Of a stretch of DNA of 64,000 bases, positions 36,401-48,719 are shown one piece after another. Numbering within the stretch: the stretch's first letter is position 1; every line of letters begins with the position of its first letter. The position numbers and the translations under genes are program-made. The DNA is taken from contig CM060732.1 in NCBI GenBank assembly GCA_030704615.1, forward strand, positions 60,884,001-60,948,000. Reading direction: 5' to 3'. The notes beneath the pieces are model-generated. The model had not been told where the DNA came from. It was given only the letters and a program-made list of their open reading frames with translations, and did not search any database. The DNA is from Takakia lepidozioides. Its lineage: Eukaryota > Plantae > Bryophyta.

Positions 36401-37904
36401 CCCTACTTAGGTCTGGAGTGGTCTAAAGTGATTTGCACATTTGGCAGTTATGTCACACTTTGCTATGTACATTATAATATGCCCAGTTGCTGCCCTGCAC
36501 ACTCCCCAGGCATGTCATTTCTGTGGTAAGCACAGGGCTATAAAACTAAATCAAAGAAGCCTGCAACCGGGCTGTTGAGTTTGCATGCGCACAAGTGCCT
36601 CTCTGTGAGCACCTTAATGACAGTTGCGGGAAAACAATTGTATACTTGCAGCTGAGTTGCTAAACCCTGGTGGGTGTGAACCCCACAGAAGGCTCTGAGA
36701 AGGTTAGTATCCGGCGGGGTGAATGGCCGTAAGGCTATGGCAAGCCAACGTTCGCAGGGGACGGCATGAGTACATAATGTGGTTCCCCTACGTTTGGAGC
36801 TTGCTACAATTGGATGTAGGCACAAATTCTAATGCATGAAATGATCAAGGTTGTTGTAGGAGTTTGTAGAGGGGCTGGTCACGCATTTTTGGTTGGCTTT
36901 GGTTACTCTGGACAGTGGGTTGTTGAGATCTATAACGAACAAACTGGGAGCATCCCGACGGACACGTCTGATGGCTTATGTGAAATATGCTGCCATTGGA
37001 TTCAGATTGGAACATCGTGGTGAACCAAGTATAGTACCTCCTTTCCATTGTTCTTTGGGTTCTGGCACCACTGATGAGTAAGTAGATCAGAGGTTTGATG
37101 GTTGAGCATATGGAAATACAAGATTGCTCAAGTGCTTTGGATGCCGTTTTTAAAATCGTACCTGTGGGATCTCAATTCTTTTCTATCAGCTTTTGGATGT
37201 GTCATGCTAGGAGAGTATCTTTCCTGATGTGTTTGTGTTGACTTTCATCATAGGCCTACAAACCCAAGGTTTGCGAGCCTATGCGAAGGCACAACTTGAG
37301 TACACGCATCTTTGGCTTCGCCTCGGTATGGATTCCTGACCTAGATGTAATTAAAAATCTGGGGTATGAAGCTAAATGTCCTTGTTTGGCAGTCTGTGTA
37401 CTTGATCAATGCTAGCTGGTTGTTATCAGTTTTCATCTTCCTTTACTTCATCAATCACCCCAGCTATAATACATAGGTAGGCTGGGTACGAAAGCTGCCA
37501 ACCAACTAAAATTGGTCTAGTTGGGAATCTCGTTTAAGAATCTCGCTTTATACATATGGGAGTATGCTGAAAGATGGCATCTGTATGCTATATCACGTAC
37601 CATAATGACACTCTGCCTTTCTGATTAACAATATTGCTGTGTAATTTGGAAACAGATGCGCTATTTTTACCCTTGACATTTTGCTTCAATGATCTGAAGA
37701 GTGTGTAGAGCTTCTGCTTGAGATGTTGGTTGGCGATTGGAAAAATGAAAACAAATTGACTAACTGTATGTGATGTCCACAGAGGTTGTGGACCTTGCAT
37801 ACAAAGGGAGTCTTTTGTACAAAGCGATCTTGCGGCACTTGATTCGGCTGAGCAGTAAGGTCCAACTTTTGCTAGCTTGGAGGGGATCCCCAGCTTTGAG
37901 CTAA
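27471..37904 (+). CDS. ABC1K14: ABC1/UbiB atypical kinase (ABC1K14/ADCK5-like); exons 27471-27707, 28672-28755, 29448-29588, 29869-29939, 30445-30538, 30857-30934, 31322-31388, 31576-31661, 32080-32130, 32497-32544, 34217-34349, 34799-34979, 35733-35870, 36916-37028, 37254-37325, 37783-37904
   Basis: GGIYIKAGQ (KxGQ), [39 protein letters not shown] and FPVIFTGR. All 15 introns are GT-AG with matching phases. Confidence 0.93.
32720..33830 (+). mobile_element. Truncated RTE-type LINE in ABC1K intron 10
   Basis: Degenerate RT-thumb and [20 protein letters not shown] (zinc-knuckle-like) motifs; the 3' end is shared with 6748, 14255 and 58200. Confidence 0.7.
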
Positions 37905-39469
37905 TATTTGTGGGGAGCTTGGATGTGCAAATCATTCTGAACTAGTTACGTTCTATGGGCGAAAGCAGATTATACAGGCTGAGTGGAGAGCCATTGATAT
38001 GGTTCTACAACTGGTCCAATACTAAAATTCAGCCAAGTGATAAAAAAAGTAGTTCTGGAACATATATCAGTCTCCCCTATAGGGTGTACATACCAATGTC
38101 AAGTTGAAAATTCGAGGTGAAACCTTTATGGAGGGGATTACAATGTTTTGTAGTGGTGGTTGTGTACTGTTTGTGCCACAATTCCCTAGTAAATTAAAGG
38201 AATTTTTTTCTCTGTTCTAACACTAAAGAAAGGGGGAATGGAGCCCTTGAAAATGAATTCAAACAAATTTACTCTTTAACAAGAACTTGGAAGAAATTCT
38301 ACAACCCGACTCTCATTTGAATATCATAGATCAAAATAAATAAAATACTCTGGCAAGTGCTACTTGTATCTTAAACCCTAAAGGAAGATGCGACCCTAGA
38401 GTTGTTTTTTCACTTAGCTGTAACATGGTCACAATGGTATCTGATGGAGGTTGGGCCCCAAAGCAAAGTTATAGCTTACACTTTCAGCTATAGAATGCAC
38501 CAAATCCCATGTCATTTGGATTATTAGAGCACTCCCTAGAGTTTTGGACGTGTGAAAAGTGCATATTTTGTGTGGTGTTCAAGTTTTGAGGGTCTTGACT
38601 ACACGACGTGGACCAATGAGCGCGTGGGGTCAAGATACAAGTGTGAATTGTGAAGCCATAATTTTGGAGCCCTGGAATATGCTCTATTCCTCATGCGGTA
38701 TGTGGGTCTCTTAGGGATGTCAGCTTATAGAACAGGGCCACGCTAGAGAAGGAGGATCTATTGCCGAGGATGGCAGCACTATGGCCAATCACATGCTACG
38801 CATAAGCATCAGCAAAACAACATCCAAAGTTCATTGCTCATCCAAGATCACAGTTCAGTACATCAAATCACACTGGCCAGAGCATAAGCTCGCATGGCTT
38901 TTATATTAAATTCAGGGTAGTCCTATCAACAGGTGGCTGGCCTCTTATTGGCCACTCTGATTACATTATTCCAGCTCCACAGATTAGCATGCCCGAATGT
39001 ATCATCTGCTTACTGTTGGCAAAAGGTAACGGTGCAGTTCCAAAATTAGGATGCGCACTAATTCTCTCAACCACCACACCTTTTCATTCATGTATGCAAC
39101 AGAAGAGGATCTGGCACTAGGAGGAATCCGTGTCTTCACAGAATTGGTGCATTTTTTCATTCTTACTTGGCATCTACTCACCGTTGAATTTTTCTTTTCA
39201 TGCAAAATTTTCACTTCTTGCTGCATCCAAGCAAAAGTCTTGTTATTTTTAGCCATGGGTATCCGTAAGCAGTTACATACAAAGGGGCATTAATAAAAAT
39301 AGGTCATTACATGCTAAATTTTGGACACAATATCTTGCAATTGGTAGGAAGCAATTGGTCAAAAGTTGGAAATGAACCCACAACTAGAACATGGAGAAAA
39401 TTGGTGGTCAAACCAAGTTTTTCCATGAGTTTTTGTATGAGCCTAGAAATGGGGGGTCATTCCCACATC

Positions 39470-39780
39470 AATATATGAATTAAGACGATTTGTTTGTTTT
39501 GTTTTGTTTTGTCATGTTGAGATGTCCCGAACCGTGCCCACCAACGCTGGTGCTTGGTACCGTTGGAAAGCCCTCGACGAGGAGGGGTGCACGGGCTTGG
39601 TCTCACGATTTTTGGACCTGCAGTGTGGGAGATACGGAATTCCAAGTACTTTTGGTCGCTGGAAATTCATAAAAAATAGCAAAAATATGAATTAAGACGA
39701 TTTGTTTTGTTCTGTGAGATGTCCCAAACCGCGGGGCCCCAACGCTGGTGCTTGGTACCGTTGGAAAGCCCTCGACAAGT
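39470..39780. repeat. Local ~100-bp direct duplication (39470-39578 / 39685-39777), TE-like
   Basis: AATATGAATTAAGACGATTTG..GAGATGTCCC.AACCG..CCAACGCTGGTGCTTGGTACCGTTGGAAAGCCCTCGAC occurs twice. Confidence 0.8.
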
Positions 39781-40328
39781 ATTGGAATAATGATAGTAAT
39801 TTATGATATCATGTATGCTCACTATCTTCTACAAGGTTATTTTCTTTGTTTTGTAGTTTGATTAACAAGGGTCTACCAGTGTTGTACTGGTATCAGGTTT
39901 AGGACATACACTGGTATTGATACCAGACATAACACAATACTCTTATACCAATCTGAAATATTTAATGGTGGATGTTTTCTTCCGAAATATTGGAGTATCA
40001 TGACCACAAATATCAGATTGGTACGGTATAGATATCAATAGGGTACCATTCCAAGCAGATAAATCAATATAAAAATCAATGAAACATTGATAAACTTAAT
40101 TTATACAAAAATACAAGTACTTATGCAATATGTCATAAATTAATGTAATACCCATAGCAATGTAGATGAGGAAGACTGCGGAGGAGTTGTCGTGCGCATA
40201 CATATCGCTACACAACTACATCGCTGTCCAAAACCACACAACACATGTGCACACCACACACTAGTATACCACTAGTCCACCACTAGTCCAACCACTAGGC
40301 TACAACTAGTCAGTCACTAGGCTGCTAC

Positions 40329-43300
40329 TGTCGCGCACCTCACTTCGGTAAGCTCCCCTTCAAGTCATAGTTACTCGCTTTGATGCGCGCGCCTGACTCC
40401 CAACCTGGCCGCCGGGCCGACTTGGAGCTTCGGCTGCTCACCGGGACATAACGGTCCCCCTTCGCTCCCCCACTAAACCCTCCACCTATTTGGGCCTAGT
40501 GGAATTCCCATTTGGTAGATGGCAGTCCGGAACAGCTCCCCACTCTTTGGTCGCTTTCCGGCTCGCTCGCTTACTCACTAGTTTTTGGTCACCAACGGGC
40601 TTGCACCGTTCTCGGGGTTACTACTCCCTATATATACTTCTGTAGCTGTCCGCGGGGGTTTCATAACCAGCCATGCCATTTTATGGCGAACCACCACGAA
40701 AACCCTCGACTCCCGGTGATGAGTCGCGGTGAGTCTTGGCCCACTCACCACGGCCCCTATGGACCGTGATGAGTCCCAAGACTCCCCACGACTCCCACCA
40801 CGAGGTCTCCGCCCCCATGGTGAGTCCTATGCCACCCCCACTAAGTCCCGCTAAGCTACCACCACCCCTTGTGGAGCCACCCCCACCGCAACCCGGTGTG
40901 TGGGGCTCCACCTAGTGAGCGCCTCCGCCTCATTGAGTGCCTTGGGCACTCAAGGGTGCTTCAGCCCCCCATACCTATCACTGCCGCTGCCCCCACCACA
41001 GGGGCAGCCCCTCATGTGTCCCGACCCCCTGCCCTCAAGGCAAAGGGCCGTGACACACACCCCTACCAACAGGGAGTCGATGTCCTCATCGACTTGTCCA
41101 TTTTGTAGAAACGAACATCCAAGTTGTGGCGTCCCACATCAAGGAGTTTGTTTCCGCACCATGGCGTCCCATGGCAAAGAACCAAACCCCACACTTGACT
41201 CTACTCTCCACTAGCTAGTTCGGCCGACTTCCTCCAAGTCTCGGCCAAGGGTGGAGCCTCTCCAGCTCCTCCCAGTGCACTCTTCTTGGCCTACTTCAAG
41301 GCCAAGGAACGATCCTCCTTGAGGATCGAATCGCCTTACTGCAACAACATTGCTTGCGACCGCTCACGATGCCGCTTTTGCATCACCTTGAGCAAGGGTT
41401 CACCTGGAACCCTCTTTGACTAGGAAGATAACCTTGAACCAACCGTGCGCCCCAATCACTACAATTGGGTCCGCCTTGGAATGTTGGCCTGAGGTACGGG
41501 AACACGCTGAAGCCGCACTACGACTTCGTCCCGAGGCTACACGATTATAGTATGTGAACGGAAGCACGTGGCTTCCGCGTTAGCCCGCACTACAAGGCAA
41601 CCCCCTCGGTAGCGCAGTTATAGTACGCGCACGCGCCAAAATGCGCACTAGCACGTGAACTCCCAAAGAAGGCGCAAGTTTCCTTGCCCCTCGGATGGGG
41701 GTCACCCGATTTCGGCACTACACAAACACACGATTAACCCAATTTACCTCTCCCACTTTTATAAGCTAGCATGCATTCTACACACTAGCCAACCATACCA
41801 TGCATTACCATTCCAAACAAAATAGGACGCACAACATTTGGAATCCATTTCATTTATAGCACGTTTTGTACAATACAAGTTTTTGCAATCGGATTCCTAA
41901 GATAGCTAAGCCGGGCTAAGCATGCATTTCCTCCCCACACTCCAAGGTTGATGTCCCCATCAACGCTTCTTCCGCTTTTGAGGTCGCCCTTCGAAAGCTG
42001 CGACCGCCTCGGATGCGTTTCCCATTTCTGAGGCACACACCCAAGATGCCTCCACATGATGATAGCCCTTCCATTTGACGAGATACTCCGTTTCTCGGTT
42101 CTTGAACCTCCTCGACTTAAGTATTGCCTCCACCTCGTATTCATTTTCATGATCCAACAGCATAGGTGGCGGACGCAACACTTGATGCCGATTCGGACGC
42201 GCTTCATCTTTGAAGTAAGGCTTCAAAAGGGAGACATGGAATACTGGGTGCACCTTGCTGTTTGCCGGCAGCTCCAATTCATACACATCCTCATTCATAA
42301 CCTTCCGAATGCGAAAGGGTCCCGCATACGGAGGTACGAACTTCGGACTCACTTCCGGAGGTAGTCGGAAATTCTTGATGTTCAACCAGACCTCCGTGTC
42401 TGCCTCAAACTTCACTTCCCTCCGCTTCCGATTCGCCTGCCTTTCATACCGTTTCCTAGCTTTGGCAATGTTGTACTTTGCGAGCTTCAACAAACGCTCG
42501 CGTTCTTCCAGTACCGCCGCTACTACCGGTTCCTCAACGTCCTGGGCGGCCCAACTTGTCGGCACCAGAGGTACTTTTCCATAGACCAATATGAAAGGGG
42601 AAACTCCCGATGCGGAGTGTTCTGTGTTATTATAACAGAACTCTGTCGCGTCTAAGTGTTCCACCCAATCTGTTTGGTCTGCCAACACGTAATTCCGCAA
42701 GATCTGCTTCACTATGGAATTCACTCTTTCTGTTTGGCCGTCGGTCGTAGGTCGGAAAGCGGTGCTCATCTTCAGCCTCGTCCCCATCTTCTTCCACAGT
42801 GCCCTCCAAAATTTACTCGTAAACTTTGGATCGCGGTCCGAGACAATATCCTTCGGGACTCCATGATGCTTTAAGACGTGGGCGAAGTAAAGTCGCCCTA
42901 TCTCCTGCGCTGTTGCCGTCTCCTTGGTGGGGATGAAATGGCCCATTTTACTGAACCTATCCACCACCACCATGATTGCATCGAATCCTTTTGACAGCGG
43001 CATAGCAGTCATGAAATCCATCGAGACGCTTTCCCAAGTCCCCTCTGGAATCGGCAAGGGTTGTAACAGCCCCGCTTGCTTTTTGTACTCGCTCCGATTT
43101 TGTTGGCATGTGGTGCATGTCTTGACATACTCCTCTGCCTCCTCCCTCAATTTGGGCCAGAAATACTCTTTCTTCAAGAGTGCCGCAGTGCGCTTGGCTC
43201 CGCCGTGGCCCGCAAGCGGGCTATCATGGCATTCTCTCAAGAGGCTATCTCTGATCCCTCCCTTCGACACGTAGAGACGCTTTTGCTTATACCGGAGCAG

Positions 43301-46300
43301 TCCATTTTGCAAGTGGAACTGCGATTTAACCCCCATCCTCAAGTCCTGCATCACGGACTTCGCCAGCTCATCCTTCCGGCAAGCCTTCCGGATCTTCCTT
43401 TGGAGCGTCGTCTCGCCCTTGTACACCAACAAGAGCTGCTGCTTTCTACTTAGAGCATCGGCCACCACGTTGTCTCGTCCGGTTTGTACTGGATATCCAC
43501 GTCGAACACCGCCAAAGTATCTTGCCACCTAAGTTGTTTTGGGGACAACTTGGGCTGCGTGGCAAAATACTTCACCGTGACATTGTCTATGAACACCTTC
43601 ACTGGGTTGGAACCAACATAGTGGCGCCAAAGCTCAAGACAGTGCACCACCGCCTTCATCTCTTTCTCGTGCGTCGGCCACCGTCGCTCCACTTCATTCA
43701 GTTTCTTACTTTCGTAAGCCACTGGACGTCCATCTTGCATCAGCACACCACCCAATCGCGAAGTCCGACGCATCTGTATGTATCTCAAACGGACGATCGA
43801 ACTCCGGGATTTTCAAGACTGGAGCTTCCGCCATCCGCTGCTTCAATTCAGCAAAAGCTTGGCCACAAAAGGTGTGCCATGCCCAGACTTTAGATTTACA
43901 CAGAAGGTCTGACAGCGGCCCCGCAATCTTGGCGAAATTTCTCACATACTTCCAGTAATAGGAGGCGAGTCCTAGGAAGGATCGCACTCCCGGGACCGAA
44001 GTCGGAGGCTCCCAGTCCAAGATGGCCCTCACCTTCCTGTCATCCATTTGATCCCATCCTGTGTAATCACATGCCCCAGGAACTCCACTTTTGTGACCCC
44101 GAATTCGCACTTTGAAGCTTTGGCATACAGCTTCCTCTCTCGCAACTTTTGGAACACCCTTTTGAGGTGCTCCAGGTGCTCCTCCTTTGTTTTCGAGTAC
44201 ACCAAAATGTCGTCGATGTACACAATCACAAAATCATCCAACCACTCCTGAAAAAGGCTGTTCATCAGCGTGCTAAAGGTCGCAGGTGCATTAGTGAGCC
44301 CAAAAGGCATCACCAAGAACTCATATGAACCATACCTTGTCCTGCACGCGGTCTTCTCCTCATCTCCTTCCGCCACCCGAATTTGATGATAGCTGGAGCG
44401 CAAGTCGATCCGGCTGAAATACTTCGCTCCTGCAACCGGTCGAAAAGGTCGTCGATCCTTGGCAAAGGGTACTGGTTTTAATAGTCACCTTGTCAAGCCC
44501 TGTAATCGACACACATCCGCAGCGTCCCATCCTTCTTGTCTGCGAATAGCACCGGGGCTCCGTAAGGTGACTTACTCGGCCGGATGTTACCCCTTTGACA
44601 TTAGATCCTTGAGCTGAGTCTTCAGCTCGACCAACTCCTTGTGGCTCAACCGGTAGGGTGCCTTGGCAGGCGGTTCCGATCCCGGTATCACCTCAATCTT
44701 GTGGTCAACTCCTCTTCGCGGTGGCAAGCCGCTTGGTAAATCCTCCGGCATCACATCCTGGTATTTCTCCAAGATCCCCTTGATCCAATCTGGGCTCGGC
44801 TCCCCATCGCCTTCTCCCTTCACTTCTCTAATGTAAAGCAAAAACTGGGGCTCGTGTGCCTCCTCCACGGCCCTTTCCCTTGCTGACAGAAGGTTTATTC
44901 GCCCTCCCACGGATTTGGGCGTTTCCGACACTCGTAAAACCTCGCCACCATTCCCACATGGCAGCGTGACCACTCTCTTGCGGCCATCTATGACCGCTCC
45001 GGATTTGCTCAAAAAGGTCAACCCCAAAATGAGATCCACTCCATCGATCTCGCAGATGGTGAAGTTCTCACGTCCCTCCCAACTCCCCAGTTGAAGAGGA
45101 ACATCAAACGCCAACCTTGTCGCCAACGTGGTTCTCCTTTGGCAGAACGCACCTCAATTGAGGCCCCCACGTCACTTGTCGGGAGTCCCAACTTTCGCGC
45201 CGTCGCCGGCGTCATGAAGGAGTGCGACGCTCCTGTGTCCACCAACAACGACACATTAGTTCCGATATTATCCATCCACGAACAATAACTGACTCCCTTT
45301 ACGTAGGGCGCCAGTTTCCTGATACAACTCACAAGAATAGTTGCCTACCTTGCAAGTCCTGGCGACCACCGCTTCCACCAAGCGACTGATGGAATCTTCC
45401 GATAGCTCCGTGGTTGCCCGAGTCATGTTCAATTGAGGGTTTTGTGCACTTCTTGGCCATGTGCCCGGGCTCCCCGCAATTGAAACACACTCCATCAAAG
45501 GTCGCCTTCTGTCCGCCATAAGCCGCTCCACCTGCTTTTCCTTTCGAAGCACCGGGTGCCGCCTGACGTGTGAAGGCCCTCCCTTCGATTTCCACGTGCC
45601 ATTGTCGCCGCGTGGCCTATCCCACTTCTTTTCCGGTCGGAAGGAGTCACCTTCCCGCTGGGTCTTCTTGTGGTTCAGCTCCGTACGGCCTTGTCTCTCA
45701 CCCCTAGGGACATCCGAGAAACATTCAGCCCTCTCAATTGCCTCGTTCAAAGTCTTGGGTGGCTTCTCCTCCAACTTCCACCTGGCCATGGGGCCAGCCC
45801 CGCCACAAAGTTGAAGACCATTTCTGGTTTCTGCCATGTCCGCGACTTCGAGCAATAGCACATTGAAAGCCTGGACATACCCCCGAATGTCATCTGTTTG
45901 CTTCAATTCCTCATCTTGTCCCGGGCAAGCCAGGACGCGTTGAGGGCACAAACCTATCTCTTCATCAATTCCTTGAACCCACTCCAGTTCAAGGTTTCCG
46001 GGCTTGGACCTCGGTCGTGAAGGCGTTTCTGCCACCATTGTTGAGCATAGCCCCTCAAATAGGTGGGAGCCACTTCAACCCGACATCCTCGTCCACGATC
46101 CTCGTCACTCAACTTGGCCGCCCCGGAAGTACTGCTCTAGCTCCAAGGAGCCAGTGTTGAGTGCCTTCCGATTTCGGACGCCCTCGAAGGTGCCGGTTCC
46201 TTAGGCTTCACCTTAAACTTTGCCTTAGTGGAAGTGGCATTAGCCGCCTTCAACACGTCTTTCAACGTCCCCCCAACTGCGCCAACAACCCTTCCCAAAG

Positions 46301-47243
46301 GCTGCCGGCATGGGAGGCATCTCTTGGTTTGTCGGAGCTCTCAAGGATTCCTTGGGCTCCGACTCCTCAGATTCCTCGCCTCTTTGAGCGGCCTCGTTTT
46401 CGGAAACATGCATCGCTTCCTCCTCAAACGGCCGCCCGGTGACCGTCGCCCCCATCGGGCTCACCAGGATCATCATCTTTTGGGCCGTTCCGCTTTCGCT
46501 TTGGCTTGCCCGACCCATGATGAGGCCAATCCAAGGACGATCGCGTACTGACTCTAAGCTCTGATACCAAGTGTCGCGCCTCACCTCGGTAAGCTCCCCT
46601 TCAAGTCATAGTTACTCGCTTTGATGCGCGCGCCTGACTCCCAACCTGGCCGCCGGCCAACTTGGAGCTTCGGCTGCTCACCGGGACATACGGTCCCCCC
46701 TTCGCTCCCCCACTAAACCCTCCACCTATTTGGGCCTAGTGGAATTCCCTTTGGTAGATGGCAGTCCAGAACAGCTCCCCACTCTTTGGTCGCTTTCCGG
46801 CTCGCTCGCTTACTCACTAGTTTTTGGTCACAACGGGCTTGCACCGTTCTCGGGGTTACTACTCCCTATATATACGTCTGTAGCTGTCCGCGGGGGTTTC
46901 ATAGCCAGCCTGCCATTTTATGGCGAACCACCACGAAACCCTTGACTCCCGTGATGAGTCGCGGTGAGTCTTGGCCCACTCACCACGGCCCCTATGGACC
47001 GTGATGAGTCCAAGACTCCCCACGCTCCCCCACGAGGTCTCCGCCCCATGGTGAGTCCTATGGCCACCCCCACCTCCCCCCACTCCCGCTAAGCTACACC
47101 ACCCCTTTGGGAGCCACCTCCCACGCAACCCGGTGTGGCGGGGTTCAACCTCGTGAATGAGCGCGCCTCCGCCTCCTTGAGTGCCTTGGGCACTCAAGGG
47201 TGCTTCAGCCCCATACCTATCACTGCCGCTGGCCCGCTGCCGC
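40329..47243 (-). mobile_element. Ty3/gypsy chromovirus LTR retrotransposon (3' LTR 40329-41926, gag-pol ~46500-41960, PBS 46557-46568, 5' LTR from 46572 into the gap)
   Basis: Met-iCAT PBS TGGTATCAGAGC and PPT GAGTGTGGGGAGGAAA. Gag CFNCGEPGHMAKKC, protease LVDTGASHSF, RT YIDDIL, RNase H TDASDFA, integrase HHCC/DDE plus GPF, chromodomain YEVEAIL..YLVKWKGY..ASW. The LTRs align and gag-pol is frameshifted. Confidence 0.96.
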
Positions 47244-47743
47244 NNNNNNNNNNNNNNNNNNNNNNNNNNNNNNNNNNNNNNNNNNNNNNNNNNNNNNNNN
47301 NNNNNNNNNNNNNNNNNNNNNNNNNNNNNNNNNNNNNNNNNNNNNNNNNNNNNNNNNNNNNNNNNNNNNNNNNNNNNNNNNNNNNNNNNNNNNNNNNNNN
47401 NNNNNNNNNNNNNNNNNNNNNNNNNNNNNNNNNNNNNNNNNNNNNNNNNNNNNNNNNNNNNNNNNNNNNNNNNNNNNNNNNNNNNNNNNNNNNNNNNNNN
47501 NNNNNNNNNNNNNNNNNNNNNNNNNNNNNNNNNNNNNNNNNNNNNNNNNNNNNNNNNNNNNNNNNNNNNNNNNNNNNNNNNNNNNNNNNNNNNNNNNNNN
47601 NNNNNNNNNNNNNNNNNNNNNNNNNNNNNNNNNNNNNNNNNNNNNNNNNNNNNNNNNNNNNNNNNNNNNNNNNNNNNNNNNNNNNNNNNNNNNNNNNNNN
47701 NNNNNNNNNNNNNNNNNNNNNNNNNNNNNNNNNNNNNNNNNNN
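47244..47743. other. Assembly gap (500 N)
   Basis: Run of N. Confidence 1.
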
Positions 47744-47759
47744 CATATCTGACCATGGA

Positions 47760-48060
47760 GGCAAACAAGCGTGAACACACACCTATCAACCACCATCAAG
47801 CAAACACAGCCTATCACAACAGCCAATCACAACGTGACACGCCTATCACAGCCCATCACCGACGTGACCACAGCCTCTCACAACGCCCAGCACGGCGCAA
47901 CACAGCCTATCACAACCTACATACAAACAAGCTTGTCACAGCCTACACATCTTAACACAAACAGCGTGCATCACCTCAGCCTATCACAGCGTCCCACATT
48001 ATTACCATCCAGCCTGTCACAGCCACACAGCCTACTGGGTTACCACACCTCCATAGAATC
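47760..48060. repeat. CA-rich degenerate (CACAGCC/ATCAC) repeat tract
   Basis: Seen directly; related to 52453-52838. Confidence 0.75.
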
Positions 48061-48719
48061 AGTGACAGTTGGACGCACATTAACTTCAGGAAATGGCTCG
48101 ACGGCAGAAAGGACGGTAACCAGTTTAAATAGACACTGTGAATCAGTGGGGCGACACACAGCTGGAGGAAGTGCAAAGAACAGGTGGCATCAAGAAAAAA
48201 GACAATAATGGCCGTCAAAGTACTACTTAGCGCGTCAATTCGGATGAATGGCGGGCCCATTAATGAATACAGAAAAAGGGGAATGGAACAAACGGCAAGT
48301 ACAGAAAAGCAAAATTCTTGTCATATGTGTAATCCTAGTGGAACAGTCCAATAGGGAAGCCAACTAAAAGAACATTAAATCAAAAATCCAGTCACAGCGG
48401 TTACAGCCAATCAAAAGCCAGAGAAGGGATCAAGAAATGGAGGGAATTAGGGCGCAAGAGACGGCGTCGTTCTAAGTAACGGGCGTCGCGAAGGGACAAA
48501 CCATCAATGCGATAGCTTTGAAGCTATGGAGGAACTAACAGACTATACGCTTGCAATACTACTTACGCAGTGGCATATGGACGAAACAACATAGCGGATC
48601 TTTTCTCTTGAGCAATGCTTGCAAGCCCCACAGGCTTACAAGATTACCCTAGCTTTTTGTGGCCACCATACGTTTATGCTTTGTGCACTACAGGCAGTTC
48701 TTCAGTTGTTACACAGCCA

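Noticed and set aside
36600-36720. Twister-like ribozyme in ABC1K intron 13
   Set aside because: Some stems are present, but the conserved core and pseudoknot pairings cannot be assigned
46859-47955. ORFs containing long X runs
   Set aside because: They span the N gap
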